Shown here piece after piece: positions 62,922 through 64,000 of a DNA stretch of 64,000 nt (position 1 is its first letter; the number at the start of each line of letters is the position of its first letter). A program made the translations under genes and the position numbers. The DNA comes from Mobula hypostoma (Eukaryota): NCBI RefSeq assembly GCF_963921235.1, contig NC_086108.1, positions 103,790,001-103,854,000 on the forward strand, given 5' to 3'. The notes below the pieces were generated by a model that ran no database searches, had not been told where the DNA came from, and was given only the letters and a program-made list of their open reading frames with translations.

Positions 62922-64000
62922 ACTATAACAACTTTTCACTAAAATTGACTTTTTGTGTTGTAATTGTTTTCTTGTAAAAGTGGTGTATAAGTTATGTTTT
63001 TCTCATGAATACTGTTTATAAGAACCTATGTGCCTGTGATGGTGTTACAATTAAGTTTTTCATTGCACCTGTCCATACAATGTACGTATGCGTATCACAA
63101 TAAAGTTGAATTTGACCTTGACTTTTAAGAGGAAATATTGGACAGGCTGGGGCCATTTTCTTTGTCACAGAGGAGGCAGAGTGGAGATAGAACAATGGTG
63201 CATAAAATTATGAGGAATATTGCTATAATCAACAGAAAGGACCCATTTCCCTTATTAGAGGGGGTCAAAATAAAGATTAGCTTTATTTGTCATATATAGA
63301 AGTCCCAACAAGAGAGTGTGAAATACTCGATCTGCTATTAGAGAATGAGGGCAGGCAGATGACAGAAGTTTCTGTCGAGGAACACTTTGCATCTGGTGAT
63401 CACAATGCCATTAGTTTCAAAGTAAATATGCAAAAAGATGGGTCTGGTCCACGGGCTGAGATTCTGAATTGGAGAAAGGCCAATTTTGATGGTATCAGAA
63501 AGGATCTGCCAAGTCTGACAGGGTGTTTTCTGGCAAAGGTGTACTTGGTAAGTGGGAAACCTTCAAAAGTAAAATTTTGAGATCTCAAAGCTTGTATGTG
63601 CCTATCAGAATAAAAGGTAATGATAATGAGCTTAGGGAATCTTGGTTTTCAAGAGATACTGAGGCCCTAGTTAAGAAAAAAAATGAAGGTACAGATATAA
63701 GCAGGTAGGAACAAATGAAGATTTTACGGAGTATAAGAAATGCAAGAAAACACTTAAGAAATAAATCAGGAGGACTAAAAGAAGGGATGAGGTTGCCCTA
63801 GCAGACAAGGTGAAGGGACAAAATTGGTACCCTGGAAGATCAGATAAGGTTGATTGGTGTCAGGATAGATCTGATTTGGGTCGCCTCCAACCTGATGGCA
63901 TGAATATAGATTTTTTCTTCCAATAAAAAAAAAATCCTCTCCCCCTCCTCTCTTCTCTTATTCCCGATTCGGGCCTCTTACTTCTTCTCCCTGTGACCGT

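Noticed and set aside
42210..63708. Exons of a downstream neighbour such as nexn
   Set aside because: No recognisable coding exon; the ORFs here are LINE fragments or low-complexity chance ORFs

Overview
Repeat-dense vertebrate genomic DNA. The repeat repertoire (CR1, Rex1/Babar, RTE, V-SINEs, Penelope-like elements, Tc1, hAT) suggests a cartilaginous fish, probably a ray or shark; this is inference. The only host gene I can support is the 3' half of mitoguardin-1 (miga1/FAM73A) on the + strand: six GT-AG, phase-0 coding exons from 2616 to the stop codon ending at 34954. The most notable structure is a family of Penelope-like (GIY-YIG) retroelement derivatives whose 3' repeat carries a ~36-nt minimal type-I hammerhead ribozyme motif (AGTC-CTGAYGA-AGGGTCTCGGCCT-GAAA-C-GTC-GACT). 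Several copies are fold-back insertions with target-site duplications (TSDs): a 2.4-kb near-perfect palindrome in a miga1 intron (10464-12844), an RT-plus-hairpin composite, and miniature 170-530 bp forms that retain the ribozyme region and the ~35-nt 3' tail. Also present: a 60-bp minisatellite expanded inside one such repeat, a 5'-truncated CR1 with most of ORF2, a solo LTR, a SINE with a twin-priming-type inversion, and hAT/Tc1 remnants. Repeat boundaries not fixed by TSDs or TIRs are approximate.
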